Source: an uncultured Chloroflexia bacterium (GTDB taxonomy: Bacteria > Chloroflexota > Limnocylindria > Limnocylindrales > CSP1-4). From it: 64,000 nucleotides of DNA. The position numbers were made by a program, and so were the translations under genes. The DNA is taken from positions 128,001 to 192,000 of the forward strand of contig OY970218.1 of assembly GCA_963713975.1 (NCBI GenBank), given 5' to 3'. Of this stretch, positions 12,117-22,586 are shown piece by piece; the first letter of the stretch is position 1; every line of letters begins with the position of its first letter. The notes below the pieces were generated by a model. That model was not told the DNA's origin, did not search any database, and saw only the letters and a program-made list of their open reading frames with translations.

Positions 12117-14813
12117 TCACAGGGCCGGCAGGACCTGGGCGTCCGCCGGGAGTCCCGCCCACAGGTCGCCGACCTCCGCGACACGGTCCGGAAGGCTGCG
12201 GATGGTCCACCGGTCGGGGGCCAGGTCCGGGTCGTCCAGCTCCTCCCAGCGGATGGGTGCCGAGGCCGGCGCGCCCGGTCGCGGCCGGACCGCGTACGGC
12301 GCAACCAGGGTCTTGATCGGTGCGTTCTGCGTGTAGTCCAAGCGGGCGCGACCACCGCGCTCGGCCTTCGCCCACTCCCACGAGACGAGGTCCGGGACGA
12401 TTGCGCCGATCGCCCGTGACAGCTTCTCCACCCAGGCGCTCGTGTCCGCGTAGGTGTAGCGACCACGCTCGATCGGGATCCAGGCCTGAATCCCCCGGCT
12501 GCCGGTCAGCTTCGGATATGCCCGCACGCCCAGGTGGGCGAGCGCGGTCCGGTAGAGCCGGGCGATGGCGAGGGTCTCCTCCCAGGTGGTGGCCGTGCCG
12601 GGATCGATGTCGATGAGGGCATACGTGGGCGTCCAGGGATCGTGGAGCGTGGAGGTCCAGGCGTGGATCTCGAACGCGGCCTGGTTGCCCAGCCAGCACA
12701 GCGCGGACGCCCGGTCAGCGACCAGGTGGTCGTTGGGCTCGCGATCCTCGCGCTCGCGGAAGCCCTGCTCGTGCCAGATCGCCAGCCAGCGCGGCGCCGA
12801 GGAGGGGATGTCCTTCTGCCAGAAGCCGGGCGCACCGGCCCCATTGGGGAACCGCTGGAGGTTGAGCGGACGGTCCACGAGGTGCGGCAGCATCACCGGC
12901 GCGATCCGCGCGAAGTACCGGACCAGGTCGCGCTTGGTCAACGGCTCGTCATCGGTGCCTGGACGCGGGGGGAACAGGACCTTGTCGAGATTCGTGAGCC
13001 GCAGCTCCTGGCCCGCGACCTGCCACGTGCCCTCCGCCTTCAGCTGCGTGAGGGTGTCGAGCTCCGTGGCCGAGACGAGCCAGGCAGCGTCCGGTCCGAC
13101 CGCGGCCCGACCCGTGGCCGCTGGGACCGGCGCGACGACGCTCTCCCCCGCCGCACGCTCCGCCTTCGCCGGGTCGACGGCACGCTCCCGGACGACCTCG
13201 CGGGGATCGCGGCCGGGCTCCAGGCCCTTGAAGGATGTCTGGCGCACATGCCCATCGCGCGTCCACCCCCCGATCTCGGCCCGGATCACCAGGTCCGGCC
13301 GGACCCATCGCACGCCGGCCAGGTCGCCGCCCCAGCGGCCGCGATAGCCGGGCGCGGGTGCGGGGTCGAACGCGGGGGCCTCCGTCTCCAGCGCCTCCAG
13401 CCGGGTCCGCAGGTCCGTGCGAGTCCGCGCATCGAACCCGGATCCCACCTTGCCGGCGAACCGCAGCTGGTCGCCGTCGTAGACCCCCACCACGACCGCA
13501 CCGAGCGGTTCCGCGCTCCCCTTCCCCGGCGTCCAGCCGCCGACCACGAGCTCCTGTTCCGGCCTCGCCTTGATCTTCAGCCAGGTCGAGACCCGCTTAC
13601 CGGGCTCGTACCGGGACCGGCGGTGCTTGGCGACGATCCCCTCGAGCGCCTGTGCCTTGGCCGCCTCGAAGAACGCCACCCCTTCCGTCTCGATCGCCGG
13701 GGCCACCTGGACCCGCGGCGAGGGTCGCACCACCAGCTCCAGGAGCCGCTTCCGCCCCTCGAGGGGGACGTCGAGCAGCGAGCGCCCGTCGAGGTACAGG
13801 AGGTCGAAGGCCTGGAAGACCAGCGGCACCGGCCGGCCGGTGCGCCCGGCGCCGATCCGCTCCTGGAGCAGGCCAAAATCCGGGCGCCCGGCCTCGTCCA
13901 GCGCCACGACCTCACCGTCGACGATGGCCTCCCGCGCATCGATCCAGGACGGCGGGGTCAGCAGCCGGGGGAAGTACGCCTCGGCATCATGACCGTTGCG
14001 GGTGAACAGCGAGACCTGTCCGTCACGCACGACTGCCTCGACCCGGTAGCCGTCCCACTTGACCTCGAACAGCCAGTCCTCGTCTCGAAAGGCGCGGGTC
14101 GCGAGCGTCGCCTTCATCGGCTCGAGGTAGCGGGGCATCGGCGCCTCGCGGGCTCCCGCGAGGTCGATCGCCGCGCTCGCCGCCGGGGCCTCCGATACCC
14201 ACAGCGCCGGTGCGTTCGCCTTGACCTCGTCGTTGGTGCGGCCGGACTTCACGCTCTGGGGATGGTCCTCGGCGTCCCATCCAGCCACGGCGTGCTCGTC
14301 GCGCTTGTGGATCAGGAGCCACTGCTCGCCGTCGTCGTCCTCGAAGGCGGTCCTGGGGGCCGTTCCCGGCCGGCGGCTGGTGCGCACGATGGTGAAGCGG
14401 CCACGGAGCCTCTCCCCGCTGGCACGGAACTTAAGCTCTCCGTTGGCGATGGCGGCGGCGGGATCCGGGGTCTGGGCCTCCGGCTCCCATGTGCCCCAGT
14501 CCCAGACGATGACGTCGCCCGCGCCGTACTGCCTGGCCGGGATCACGCCCTCGAAATCGAAGTACTCGACCGGGTGGTCCTCCACGTGGACCGCCATCCG
14601 ACGCACGTCGGCGTCCAGCGTCGGGCCCTTGGGCACGGCCCACGAGACGAGGACGCCGTCAATCTCGAGCCGGACGTCGTAGTGGAGGCGCGTCGCCCGG
14701 TGCCGCTGGACGACGAACCGGCGGCTCCCCGGATCTGCGGCCAGGACGTCGCCGGGCGCCGGCTCCGGCGTCCTCGCGAAGTCGCGCTTGCGGCGGTACT
14801 CGTCGAGCGGCAT
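12117..14813 (-). CDS. ligD: NHEJ DNA ligase D (phosphoesterase-ligase-polymerase)
   Basis: YRRKRDFARTPEP, FVVQRHRATRLHYD, SWAVPKGP (PE domain); EVKWDGYR, EGIVAK, WLKIK (ligase); LTNLDKVLFP, IDIDP, DYTQN (primase-polymerase). Confidence 0.95.
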   Translation of the reverse strand: MPLDEYRRKRDFARTPEPAPGDVLAADPGSRRFVVQRHRATRLHYDVRLEIDGVLVSWAVPKGPTLDADVRRMAVHVEDHPVEYFDFEGVIPARQYGAGDVIVWDWGTWEPEAQTPDPAAAIANGELKFRASGERLRGRFTIVRTSRRPGTAPRTAFEDDDGEQWLLIHKRDEHAVAGWDAEDHPQSVKSGRTNDEVKANAPALWVSEAPAASAAIDLAGAREAPMPRYLEPMKATLATRAFRDEDWLFEVKWDGYRVEAVVRDGQVSLFTRNGHDAEAYFPRLLTPPSWIDAREAIVDGEVVALDEAGRPDFGLLQERIGAGRTGRPVPLVFQAFDLLYLDGRSLLDVPLEGRKRLLELVVRPSPRVQVAPAIETEGVAFFEAAKAQALEGIVAKHRRSRYEPGKRVSTWLKIKARPEQELVVGGWTPGKGSAEPLGAVVVGVYDGDQLRFAGKVGSGFDARTRTDLRTRLEALETEAPAFDPAPAPGYRGRWGGDLAGVRWVRPDLVIRAEIGGWTRDGHVRQTSFKGLEPGRDPREVVRERAVDPAKAERAAGESVVAPVPAATGRAAVGPDAAWLVSATELDTLTQLKAEGTWQVAGQELRLTNLDKVLFPPRPGTDDEPLTKRDLVRYFARIAPVMLPHLVDRPLNLQRFPNGAGAPGFWQKDIPSSAPRWLAIWHEQGFREREDREPNDHLVADRASALCWLGNQAAFEIHAWTSTLHDPWTPTYALIDIDPGTATTWEETLAIARLYRTALAHLGVRAYPKLTGSRGIQAWIPIERGRYTYADTSAWVEKLSRAIGAIVPDLVSWEWAKAERGGRARLDYTQNAPIKTLVAPYAVRPRPGAPASAPIRWEELDDPDLAPDRWTIRSLPDRVAEVGDLWAGLPADAQVLPAL

Positions 14814-14896
14814 GGGCGGAGTATGCCGGTGCGCCACCGGAAGCGGACCGCTTGGTCACGACCGCACGACCCATGGCGCGTGGCGTCGCCCCGGCG

Positions 14897-15847
14897 CTAC
14901 GCGCTCTTGCGACGACGGGCCGGGCGGGTCTCAACGGGCGCCGGATCGGCAGCGGCCTCGGGCTCCGCGGATGCGTCCGCCTTGGCCTTCGAGGTCCTCG
15001 AGGCCCGCTGCTTCTTGACCTCGGCCACGGACACGGGCGCCCCGCCGTCCTTCGCCTTCTCGTCGGTGGCAGCCTTGACGCTGGCCTGGAGCAGCTTCAT
15101 CAGGTCGACCAGGTTCGCGCTCTCCGCGACCGGCTCCGGTTCCGCGATCTCCACGCCGTCGACCTTGGCCTGGATGACCGACAGGAGGGCGTCGCGGTAC
15201 TCGTCGCGGTACTTGGCGGGGTCGAACGCCTCCGTCATCGTCTCGACAAGCTGCTCGGCCATCTTGATCTCGGCGGGCTTGAAGTCGAGCTCCTCGTCCG
15301 GCAGGTCCAGCTCCTTGGTGGACCGGATCTCGTCCGGCCAGTGGAGCGTCGTGAGCAGCATGGTGTCCTCGAACGGGTCGAGCGCGGCGAGCGCCTCCCG
15401 ATCCCGGATCACGACCTTGCAGATCGCCGTGAGCCCCTTGGCATCAAGAACCGACCGCAGGAGGTAGAACGCCTTGCGGCCGATCTTGTCCGGCTCGATG
15501 TAGTACGCCTGCCGGGTGAACCGGGCGTGCTGCCGGGTGGCATCGTCACGCGGGGCGAACTGCTCGATCTCGATGGAGCGGACGGTCTTGAGCGGGACCT
15601 TCTCGAGATCCTCGTCCGTGATCACCACGTACTGGTCAGGCGCGTACTCGTAGCCCTTCACGGTGTCGCCCCGGGTGATGACCTTCTCGTCCTCGGGGCA
15701 CCAGACCTTCATCTGGATCCGCGTCATGTCCGTCTCGTGGAGCATGTTGAAGCGGATCGTGTAGTCGGACTCGGTAGCCGTGTATAGCTTCACGGGGATG
15801 GTCACGAGGCCGAACTGGATGGCCCCCTTCCACATCGAGCGTGCCAC
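14897..15847 (-). CDS. ku: NHEJ Ku protein
   Basis: RSMWKGAIQFGLVTIPVKLY, KGYEY, LHWPDEIR, FDPAKYRDEY, basic C-terminal tail; upstream of ligD. Confidence 0.95.
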   Translation of the reverse strand: MARSMWKGAIQFGLVTIPVKLYTATESDYTIRFNMLHETDMTRIQMKVWCPEDEKVITRGDTVKGYEYAPDQYVVITDEDLEKVPLKTVRSIEIEQFAPRDDATRQHARFTRQAYYIEPDKIGRKAFYLLRSVLDAKGLTAICKVVIRDREALAALDPFEDTMLLTTLHWPDEIRSTKELDLPDEELDFKPAEIKMAEQLVETMTEAFDPAKYRDEYRDALLSVIQAKVDGVEIAEPEPVAESANLVDLMKLLQASVKAATDEKAKDGGAPVSVAEVKKQRASRTSKAKADASAEPEAAADPAPVETRPARRRKSA

Positions 15848-15972
15848 GGGCGTGCTCCGTCATGGTGCGGTCCGGGTCGGACGGGTCCCGGGCCCACCCG
15901 GTCGGACCGGGACGGTGACTCTACCACTCGGCCGCAACCGGGCCTGCCGTGCGCGGGAGGAGTACGCGCAGC

Positions 15973-18288
15973 CTACGGGACGATGATGAAGGCGTCCACG
16001 TCCACGCGCGGCCGCCCGGACGTGCCGGCCACGACGACCCTCAGGGTGTGCGTGCCGGGAGTGGTCCAGGTGCGCGTGAACACGAGGACCCGGTGTTTGG
16101 CCGACGACCTGCGCAGGTCCACGGCGGCGGCGAGCGATCCGTCGATGTAGACCTTCGCCGTGCCACGCTTGGGACCCTTGGATGCGACCAGGGCGATCGC
16201 ACGACCTGTGAACGCCCGCGTGACGGCTGCGCCCTTGGTTCGCGAGTAGAGGCTCGTCCCACCGGACATCCAACTCGCGCGGTAGCGCGCCCAGCGGCCC
16301 GTGCGGAGGAGCGATGCGCTCGTGTCCTGCGAGCGACCCGGCGTGAAGGCAGGGCTCTCCACCCAGCCGCTCCAGTTGCCCGCACGATCCCGGGCGCGAA
16401 CCCCGAGCGAGTACGTGTGGCCGATGGCCATGGTCCTGGTCACCTGGCGCGTGCCGGAGGGCATCGTCGTCGCCGAACCGAGGGACCCGTCCACGCGCCA
16501 CCGGGCCTGGTAGGCCGCGGCCGACCCTCCAGGATCGGAGGCGGCGGCCCACGTGCCCGTGGCCTCCACGGCCGATGAGCGCAGGAGCGAGCCGGTCCGC
16601 AGCCTGAGGATCGGTGCGGATATGGCTGGCCGGACGCTGTCCACGGTGACGGGGAACGAAGATGTCCGCCGTCGCGAGCCGTCGGTTGCCGTCACCTTCA
16701 CGGCGTAGGTGCCGCTCGGCGTTGCTGGTGGGACCTTCACGGCCACGGACGTGGCCGTCCCTCCCGGGCCGGCCAGCACCGAGTCCCCGAGGGTCGCCAC
16801 GAGCGGCGCCTCCGCGATGACCTGGAGATCCACCTCGCCCGGGAAGTCCTCCGCCCTGACGACGGCAACCGGAAGCTTCAGGGTCCCGCCCGCCGCGCCA
16901 ACCAGTGCGCCGTGCGATGTCCCGGGCGTGGCATCGACGGTGAAGTCGCCCAGGGCGAGGATGTGGGAGACGTCAAGCAGGGGCTCATGGGTCGAGTCCG
17001 GGTCCGACGCGGTGTTCCAGTCCAGGTTGCCCGCCGCCCGGAGCGCGAGGCGCACCTGCGCCGGTGTTGCCAGCGGACGGGATGCCTTGTACAGGGCCGC
17101 AGCGCCCGCTACGTGTGGCGCTGCCATGGACGTGCCCGAGATATAGCCGTACCGGTTGCCGGGCAGCGTGGACCAGATGCACTTGCCCGGGGCGATCAGG
17201 TCGACGTCGCCCCCGTAGTTGGAGAAGTCGGCAAACGTGTCGTCCCGATCGTAGGTGCCCCACGAGTAGCACAACGCGCCACCCAGCCCGCCGGGCTTGC
17301 CGTCCGTATCCGCGAGCGCGGACACCGTGATGACCTCGTTGTAGCTCGCGGGCTTGAGCTTGGCGGCGCTGAAGCCGTTGTTGCCCGCCGCCGCGACGAC
17401 GGTGACGCCCGACGCGACCAGGCGGCAGATCGCCTGGTGGATCAGGTCCTTGTTCGTCAGGCCGCAGTTGCGGTCGTCGGTGCCCGCCTTGGCAACCGAC
17501 ATGTTGACCGCCTCGAACAGCGGCCGAGTGGGATCGACCGGGTCGCGCTGTGCCGTGATCCAGTCGAGGCCGCAGACGTACCACGACACGAGGCCGTTGC
17601 CGGCGGAGTCCAGGATCCGGACGGACCACAGGCGGACACCGGGTGCGGTGCCCACGACGCCCGTCCCGTTGTCGAGCGCCCCGACGGTGCCGGCGACATG
17701 CGTCCCGTGGCCGTTGCCATCGCCCCATGCGTTGGGATTGCTGGTCGAGCAGTTGATGCCACCGGCGACGTTCAGGTCGTCGTGGGACTTGTCGATGCCG
17801 GTGTCCACGATGGCGACGTCGGCATCGACGCGCTCGGCCGATCCGTCCGGGCCGTCCTTGCCGTCGATCGCGGCGATCAGGCTCTGGCGACCGTCGATGC
17901 GGCGCACGCCCGTGGGCACGGACTGCCCGGCGATCGAGATCACCTCGTCCGGGATCACCGCCTCGACGTCGGGCTCGCCGCGCAGGCTGGCAACCTGGTC
18001 CGGGTCGAGACGCGCGGCATACCCCTTGACGGCGTGGCTGAAGGAGCGGTCCGGCTTGACGCCCAGCCTCGCGGCACGGCCGGTCGCGAGACCCAGGCTC
18101 TTCCCGGGGCGCAGCAGCACGATGAACCGGCCGGCGGCGGACAAGGGCGCCGTGTCCCCTTTCGCGTCGCGAGACGGGCTGTCTGAGGGCGCACCGGACC
18201 CGGGCGCCGCGGCCGCTGGCCGGGGCGCGGTGGGAATCGCGGCGATCGCGATCAGGCACGCGATCGCCAGCGGTGCGGCGCGTCGCAT
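15973..18288 (-). CDS. Secreted subtilisin-like S8 serine peptidase with I9 propeptide and C-terminal beta domains
   Basis: Catalytic motifs VAIVDTGID, HGTHVAG, AAAGN, GTSMAAPHVAG; signal peptide MRRAAPLAIACLIAIAA. Confidence 0.92.
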   Translation of the reverse strand: MRRAAPLAIACLIAIAAIPTAPRPAAAAPGSGAPSDSPSRDAKGDTAPLSAAGRFIVLLRPGKSLGLATGRAARLGVKPDRSFSHAVKGYAARLDPDQVASLRGEPDVEAVIPDEVISIAGQSVPTGVRRIDGRQSLIAAIDGKDGPDGSAERVDADVAIVDTGIDKSHDDLNVAGGINCSTSNPNAWGDGNGHGTHVAGTVGALDNGTGVVGTAPGVRLWSVRILDSAGNGLVSWYVCGLDWITAQRDPVDPTRPLFEAVNMSVAKAGTDDRNCGLTNKDLIHQAICRLVASGVTVVAAAGNNGFSAAKLKPASYNEVITVSALADTDGKPGGLGGALCYSWGTYDRDDTFADFSNYGGDVDLIAPGKCIWSTLPGNRYGYISGTSMAAPHVAGAAALYKASRPLATPAQVRLALRAAGNLDWNTASDPDSTHEPLLDVSHILALGDFTVDATPGTSHGALVGAAGGTLKLPVAVVRAEDFPGEVDLQVIAEAPLVATLGDSVLAGPGGTATSVAVKVPPATPSGTYAVKVTATDGSRRRTSSFPVTVDSVRPAISAPILRLRTGSLLRSSAVEATGTWAAASDPGGSAAAYQARWRVDGSLGSATTMPSGTRQVTRTMAIGHTYSLGVRARDRAGNWSGWVESPAFTPGRSQDTSASLLRTGRWARYRASWMSGGTSLYSRTKGAAVTRAFTGRAIALVASKGPKRGTAKVYIDGSLAAAVDLRRSSAKHRVLVFTRTWTTPGTHTLRVVVAGTSGRPRVDVDAFIIVP

Positions 18289-18412
18289 TTGCCCTCCATG
18301 TGCGTTCGATCCACCCTGGCGGACGCTCTCGCCGCCCGGGACGGGGATCATAGTGTCCCACCGGGTGGACAGGCGGAGTATGGCCCAGTGGTCCTGGCTC
18401 ACCTGCCGACGA

Positions 18413-19708
18413 TCAGGCGGCCTGGGCGACCACCCTGAGCTCAGCCTCGGCCTCGGCGACGCGAGCGAGGATCCCAGTCCGCATGCCGTCCAGGCCCTCC
18501 GACACCGCCTTCGTGACGTTGCTGACCGATGTCAACTGCGTCTTCAGGGCACGGATGGCCTCCAGCTGCTCCTTGACACCCGCCAGCGCCCGGCCGATGG
18601 CCCGCGCGTCAACCTCGACGTCGCGCTCCCCGAGCTTGGCGAGCGCGAGCAGCCGGGCGAGACGGACCGCCGCCTCCAGGTACGCGCCATCCGGGGCGTC
18701 GGGGTCCACGACCACGTGCACGTCCTCCCCGACCACGGTGAAGGGTGCGATGCCGGCCGGCGCATGCCTGGCGCTCCAGGCCGCGATCGCCACGGACGCG
18801 CCCCGGTTCTCACGAGCCTCACGCAGCTCCTCGCGCATGGCCCGCGGCGACATCACCCGGTCCTTGGCCTCGAGGACGATGCGGACGTCGGCGCCACGCG
18901 TGAGCCGGGCGTCAAGGGTGAGGACGAAGTCGCCCTTCTTGGAGCCGACCAGCGAACCCGACTCGGTGCCCGTCCGGTCCAGGAGATCCCCGGCGCCGCG
19001 AGCCAGGTCCCCGAGCATGCCCCCGAGGAGGTCCTCGAAGTCCGCGCCCTTGGCCGTGCCCTTCGAGCGCTCGTCGGCGCGAGCCCGGCTGGCCGCCTCG
19101 ATCGCCGCGAGCCGCTCGTGGATGCCCTTGAACCCCTCGGAGATCTCCTGGCGGAACTGGTGGAGCGGCGACCCCAGGCGTGTCGGGTCGAGGAGCACGG
19201 CCAGCCTGGAGCTGTCCCCGTCGAAGTAGGTGCCCAGCAGCCCGCCGATGCGCCCGATGGCCGAGTCGCGCTTGGTCTCGTCGAACAGGTCGTTCACGAA
19301 CTTCTGCAGCGCGCCGCGGTCTCCCAGGAACTTCTCGAGCGTCCTCGGCAACCGGCCATCCCCGTCCGCGAAGTTGGCGCGCAGGACGTCCTCGACGGTC
19401 CGGGCTGCCTGCTCGTTGACCGCGGCGGTCTGGGCGACGAGCTTGTCGAACTCGCGGCGGACGACGTCCGTGTCCATGGAGGTGGTGGCGTCCTGCAGGG
19501 CGAGAAGGCCGATCCGCAGGGCTCGCTCGACCACCGCCGTTCGGTCCGCCTCGTCCCGTTCCGCGAGGGCTGCGGCGAGGGCGGCGTCCGCGAGGACCAC
19601 GCGCTCCACGATGATGCGCTCCCCGTCCACGCGGACGGATGCCACGGCGGGCAGCGATCGCACCGCGGGGGCCGAAGGGTTCGACAGCGGGAGGATTCGT
19701 GCTTCCAT
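18413..19708 (-). CDS. RmuC/DUF2130-like coiled-coil protein with PD-(D/E)xK nuclease-like domain
   Basis: Helical N-terminus, then KGADFED ... KGDFVL ... IVLEAKD, and a C-terminal coiled coil. Confidence 0.6.
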   Translation of the reverse strand: MEARILPLSNPSAPAVRSLPAVASVRVDGERIIVERVVLADAALAAALAERDEADRTAVVERALRIGLLALQDATTSMDTDVVRREFDKLVAQTAAVNEQAARTVEDVLRANFADGDGRLPRTLEKFLGDRGALQKFVNDLFDETKRDSAIGRIGGLLGTYFDGDSSRLAVLLDPTRLGSPLHQFRQEISEGFKGIHERLAAIEAASRARADERSKGTAKGADFEDLLGGMLGDLARGAGDLLDRTGTESGSLVGSKKGDFVLTLDARLTRGADVRIVLEAKDRVMSPRAMREELREARENRGASVAIAAWSARHAPAGIAPFTVVGEDVHVVVDPDAPDGAYLEAAVRLARLLALAKLGERDVEVDARAIGRALAGVKEQLEAIRALKTQLTSVSNVTKAVSEGLDGMRTGILARVAEAEAELRVVAQAA

Positions 19709-19777
19709 GCAACGGATCCTGGACGTCGCCCGTGCCACCTAGGCTGTCACACCGGAAGGCGTGCCATCGCCAAGCTG

Positions 19778-20332
19778 CTAGGTCGTGCCGGGAACCTGTC
19801 CGCAGGCGGTGCCGTGACGCAGCATTGCGCCGTCCGTGGGAACCTGGGCCGAGCCGAGCTCATCGGCGATCTCGGCCGCCCATGCCCGCACGCGCTGCAG
19901 GTTCACGGGCCCCAGGCGGTCGATGAGATCCGAGCCCGCGGCCACCCCGATCGGTCCGAAGACTGCCGCACCACGGGCGCCGACGGCGCGGGCGACTGCC
20001 ACCACGCTGCACTCGTCGGCGGCGCTCGCCGCGCTGCCGGTCACGCAGCGGCCCCTGCCGATCGGCCCCGCGCAGAACAGCCAGACCGGTCGCGAGGCGA
20101 GGGCCGCCTCGTGGCGGGCCAGGAAGCCGCCGCCGTCCGAACGACGCCGGGTCACGAACACGCCGCTGCCGAGGATGACGGCGCTGTACGGAGAGACGTC
20201 CACGACATCACCCGCGGCCCGGCAGTCCACCGCGAGACCGGACCGGACGAGGACGGTGGCGATGGCGCCGGCGATCCCTGCGGTCGACCCCGCCTGGTTC
20301 GCGAACGCGACGAGCACTCGCTGGTCGCCCAT
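19778..20332 (-). CDS. Flavodoxin-domain protein (HemG/flavodoxin_5-like)
   Basis: VLVAFANQAGSTAGIA (FMN loop), YSAVILGSGV, PVWLF, VRAWA; SD AAGGGAG before the ATG. Confidence 0.8.
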   Translation of the reverse strand: MGDQRVLVAFANQAGSTAGIAGAIATVLVRSGLAVDCRAAGDVVDVSPYSAVILGSGVFVTRRRSDGGGFLARHEAALASRPVWLFCAGPIGRGRCVTGSAASAADECSVVAVARAVGARGAAVFGPIGVAAGSDLIDRLGPVNLQRVRAWAAEIADELGSAQVPTDGAMLRHGTACGQVPGTT

Positions 20333-20553
20333 GGCCACTCCCTTGCTGTGCGGGGATCGTCGGTTGCGGGAGTGGCGGGCGGGAGGGCCCTTGGTCCCCC
20401 ATCCGCGGGCCGCCGACCACGCGGACCCGGGCGGCTCGGCCCGGGCCATCCGGCTCAGCCGCCGTGGGCCCGGTCCCGGTCCGGGCACAGGGCACGCACC
20501 CGAAGCGCCCGGGGCGGATCGGCATCCGCCACCGTGGGGGTACGATCCGCTGC

Positions 20554-21957
20554 ATGTCGGCCAACCCAGTCCGCCGCCTCGCCGCCGTGACCCTGCTGGC
20601 GATCGTCACGGTCGCCGGACCGGCCCCGTTCGGCCCCGTGACGGCGCAGGCGTCGGGCCCTGTCGCCGCGCCCGACGTGCGGGATCTCCCGGTGCAGGTC
20701 ACCCCTGCCGGGACCTCGATCGTTGCCGGCAGCGTGGGTCGCAGCTCCATCCGGATGCTCGCCACCTACGACGTGACGGCGAGTCTCGCGGTCGCAGCCC
20801 GCACGCTGAGTGGCCGCGTGACGATCAAGGCCGAGAACCGGTCCGGGAGTGCCGTCGACCGCGTCCGGCTGAACACCGTGATGGGACCGCTCGGCCGCCT
20901 CCGGCTCGGTGCCGTCACGGTCGACGGGCGGCGGGTCGCCGCGACACGGCGCGGCCAGACGATCACGGTCCCGCTTGGTGGCGTCCTCCCGGATCGCGCC
21001 TCGGTGGTCCTCGTGGTGCCGTTCACCGCGACCCTGCGCTCGACCACCGGCGGCTCCACGTGGCTGTTCACCCGGGCGGGCGGCGTCACGAGCCTGTACC
21101 GCTGGGTGCCCTGGATCAGCCGCAGCACGGCGTTCGAGCGGCCCAACTTCGGTGATCCCTTCGTGACCCCGGCCAGCCCGAAGGTCACCCTCCGGTTCCG
21201 GACGGACCGGCGGGTCAAGGTCGTCGTCAACGGCAGCAGGACATCGATCTCGGCGGACCGGCTGACCTCGACCTGGACCGCGGCGAACGTCCGCGACCTG
21301 ATCGTCAACGCTGCAGCGGACTACCGGACGCGCTCGCGGCGGGTCGGCGACACGGACGTCCGGGTGATCACGCGACCGGGCGCCCCGTCGGCAGCCCTGC
21401 TCTCGGCAGCGGTCAACGCGGTATCCAGGCTGGAGGCGAAGCTGGGCCCGTACCCGTGGCCCGTCCTGAGGATCGTCCAGTCCTCCGGGGGGCTGGGCAT
21501 GGAGGGACCGGGCATCGTCTGGATCCCGCCTGGCGTCGCGGCCTCGAACCTGCGCTACCTCGTGATGCACGAGGTGGCCCACCAGTGGTTCTACGGACTC
21601 GTCGGCAACGATCAGGCCCGCGAGCCCTTCGCCGACGAGGCCATCACGGACATGGTCGCGCGGTTCCTCACGGGCACCCGGCGGGCATCGCGCTGCGCGA
21701 GCGGAACGCTGGACCGGACCATCTATGGCTACTCGGCGTCCTGCTACTACGAGCAGGTCTACATCCAGGGCGGCAACAAGTTGGACAACGCGCGTCGCAA
21801 GATGGGCACCACGGCCTTCTTCGCGGCCGTCCGCCGCTACCTTGCAGACAACCGCTGGCAGCTGGTCCACACGCGGACGCTGCTCGACGCGCTGGACGCC
21901 GCCACGCCGCTCAACCTCGCCGCCGGCTGGCGCGCAAGGTTCCCCACCCTGTACTGA
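20554..21957 (+). CDS. Secreted M1-family (gluzincin) metallopeptidase
   Basis: GMEGPG and HEVAHQWFYGLVGNDQAREPFADE (HExxH-x18-E); signal peptide. Confidence 0.85.
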   Translation: MSANPVRRLAAVTLLAIVTVAGPAPFGPVTAQASGPVAAPDVRDLPVQVTPAGTSIVAGSVGRSSIRMLATYDVTASLAVAARTLSGRVTIKAENRSGSAVDRVRLNTVMGPLGRLRLGAVTVDGRRVAATRRGQTITVPLGGVLPDRASVVLVVPFTATLRSTTGGSTWLFTRAGGVTSLYRWVPWISRSTAFERPNFGDPFVTPASPKVTLRFRTDRRVKVVVNGSRTSISADRLTSTWTAANVRDLIVNAAADYRTRSRRVGDTDVRVITRPGAPSAALLSAAVNAVSRLEAKLGPYPWPVLRIVQSSGGLGMEGPGIVWIPPGVAASNLRYLVMHEVAHQWFYGLVGNDQAREPFADEAITDMVARFLTGTRRASRCASGTLDRTIYGYSASCYYEQVYIQGGNKLDNARRKMGTTAFFAAVRRYLADNRWQLVHTRTLLDALDAATPLNLAAGWRARFPTLY

Positions 21958-21965
21958 GCCGCGTC

Positions 21966-22586
21966 GTGTCCACCGCCAGCACCCGGCCCCGCGTCCGCCT
22001 CGCGACGCCGGCCGACGGTGAGGCGTGCGCCGCCGTCTACGCCCCGTACGTCACCGATACCTCGATCTCGTTCGAGCTCGTGCCGCCTGACGGCGCGGCG
22101 ATGGCGACCCGGATCACCCGCACGATCGAGCGCACGCCGTGGGTGGTGGTCGAGGTCGACGGCGTGGTCCGCGCGTACGCGTACGGCACGCGGCACCGTG
22201 ATCGCGTGGCCTACGACTGGACGGTCGAGACGACCGTGTACGTCGACCGCGAACATGCCCGGCGCGGCCTCGGAAGGCTCGCGATGGCCGCCCTCCTGGC
22301 GGTCCTTCGCCTCCAGGGTGCACATCTCGCCGTGGCCGGGATCACGCCGCCCAACGAGGCGTCGGTCCGGCTGCATGAGGCGCTGGGTTTCGAGCGGATC
22401 GGGCTGTTCGAGGCCATCGGCTGGAAGCAGGACCGCTGGCACGGGGTGGAGTGGTTCGCCGTGGAGCTGGGGGAGCGCGCCGAGGTCCCCGTTCCGCTGG
22501 TCCCCCTGCCCCGGTTGCTGGGGACGCCGGCCCTGGAGTCCGTGCTCGCGGACCCTGCCGGGCGCCAGGCCCGGCGCCCGAGCTAG
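21966..22586 (+). CDS. Phosphinothricin/YncA-type GNAT N-acetyltransferase
   Basis: YVTDTSISFE, AYDWTVETTVYV, RRGLGR, PNEASVRLHEALGF, GWKQDRWH. Confidence 0.9.
   Translation: MSTASTRPRVRLATPADGEACAAVYAPYVTDTSISFELVPPDGAAMATRITRTIERTPWVVVEVDGVVRAYAYGTRHRDRVAYDWTVETTVYVDREHARRGLGRLAMAALLAVLRLQGAHLAVAGITPPNEASVRLHEALGFERIGLFEAIGWKQDRWHGVEWFAVELGERAEVPVPLVPLPRLLGTPALESVLADPAGRQARRPS

Noticed and set aside
12534-20590. Very long plus-strand ORFs (977 aa, 1078 aa)
   Set aside because: They lie antisense to ligD, ku, the S8 peptidase and the RmuC-like gene, and have no recognisable domains.
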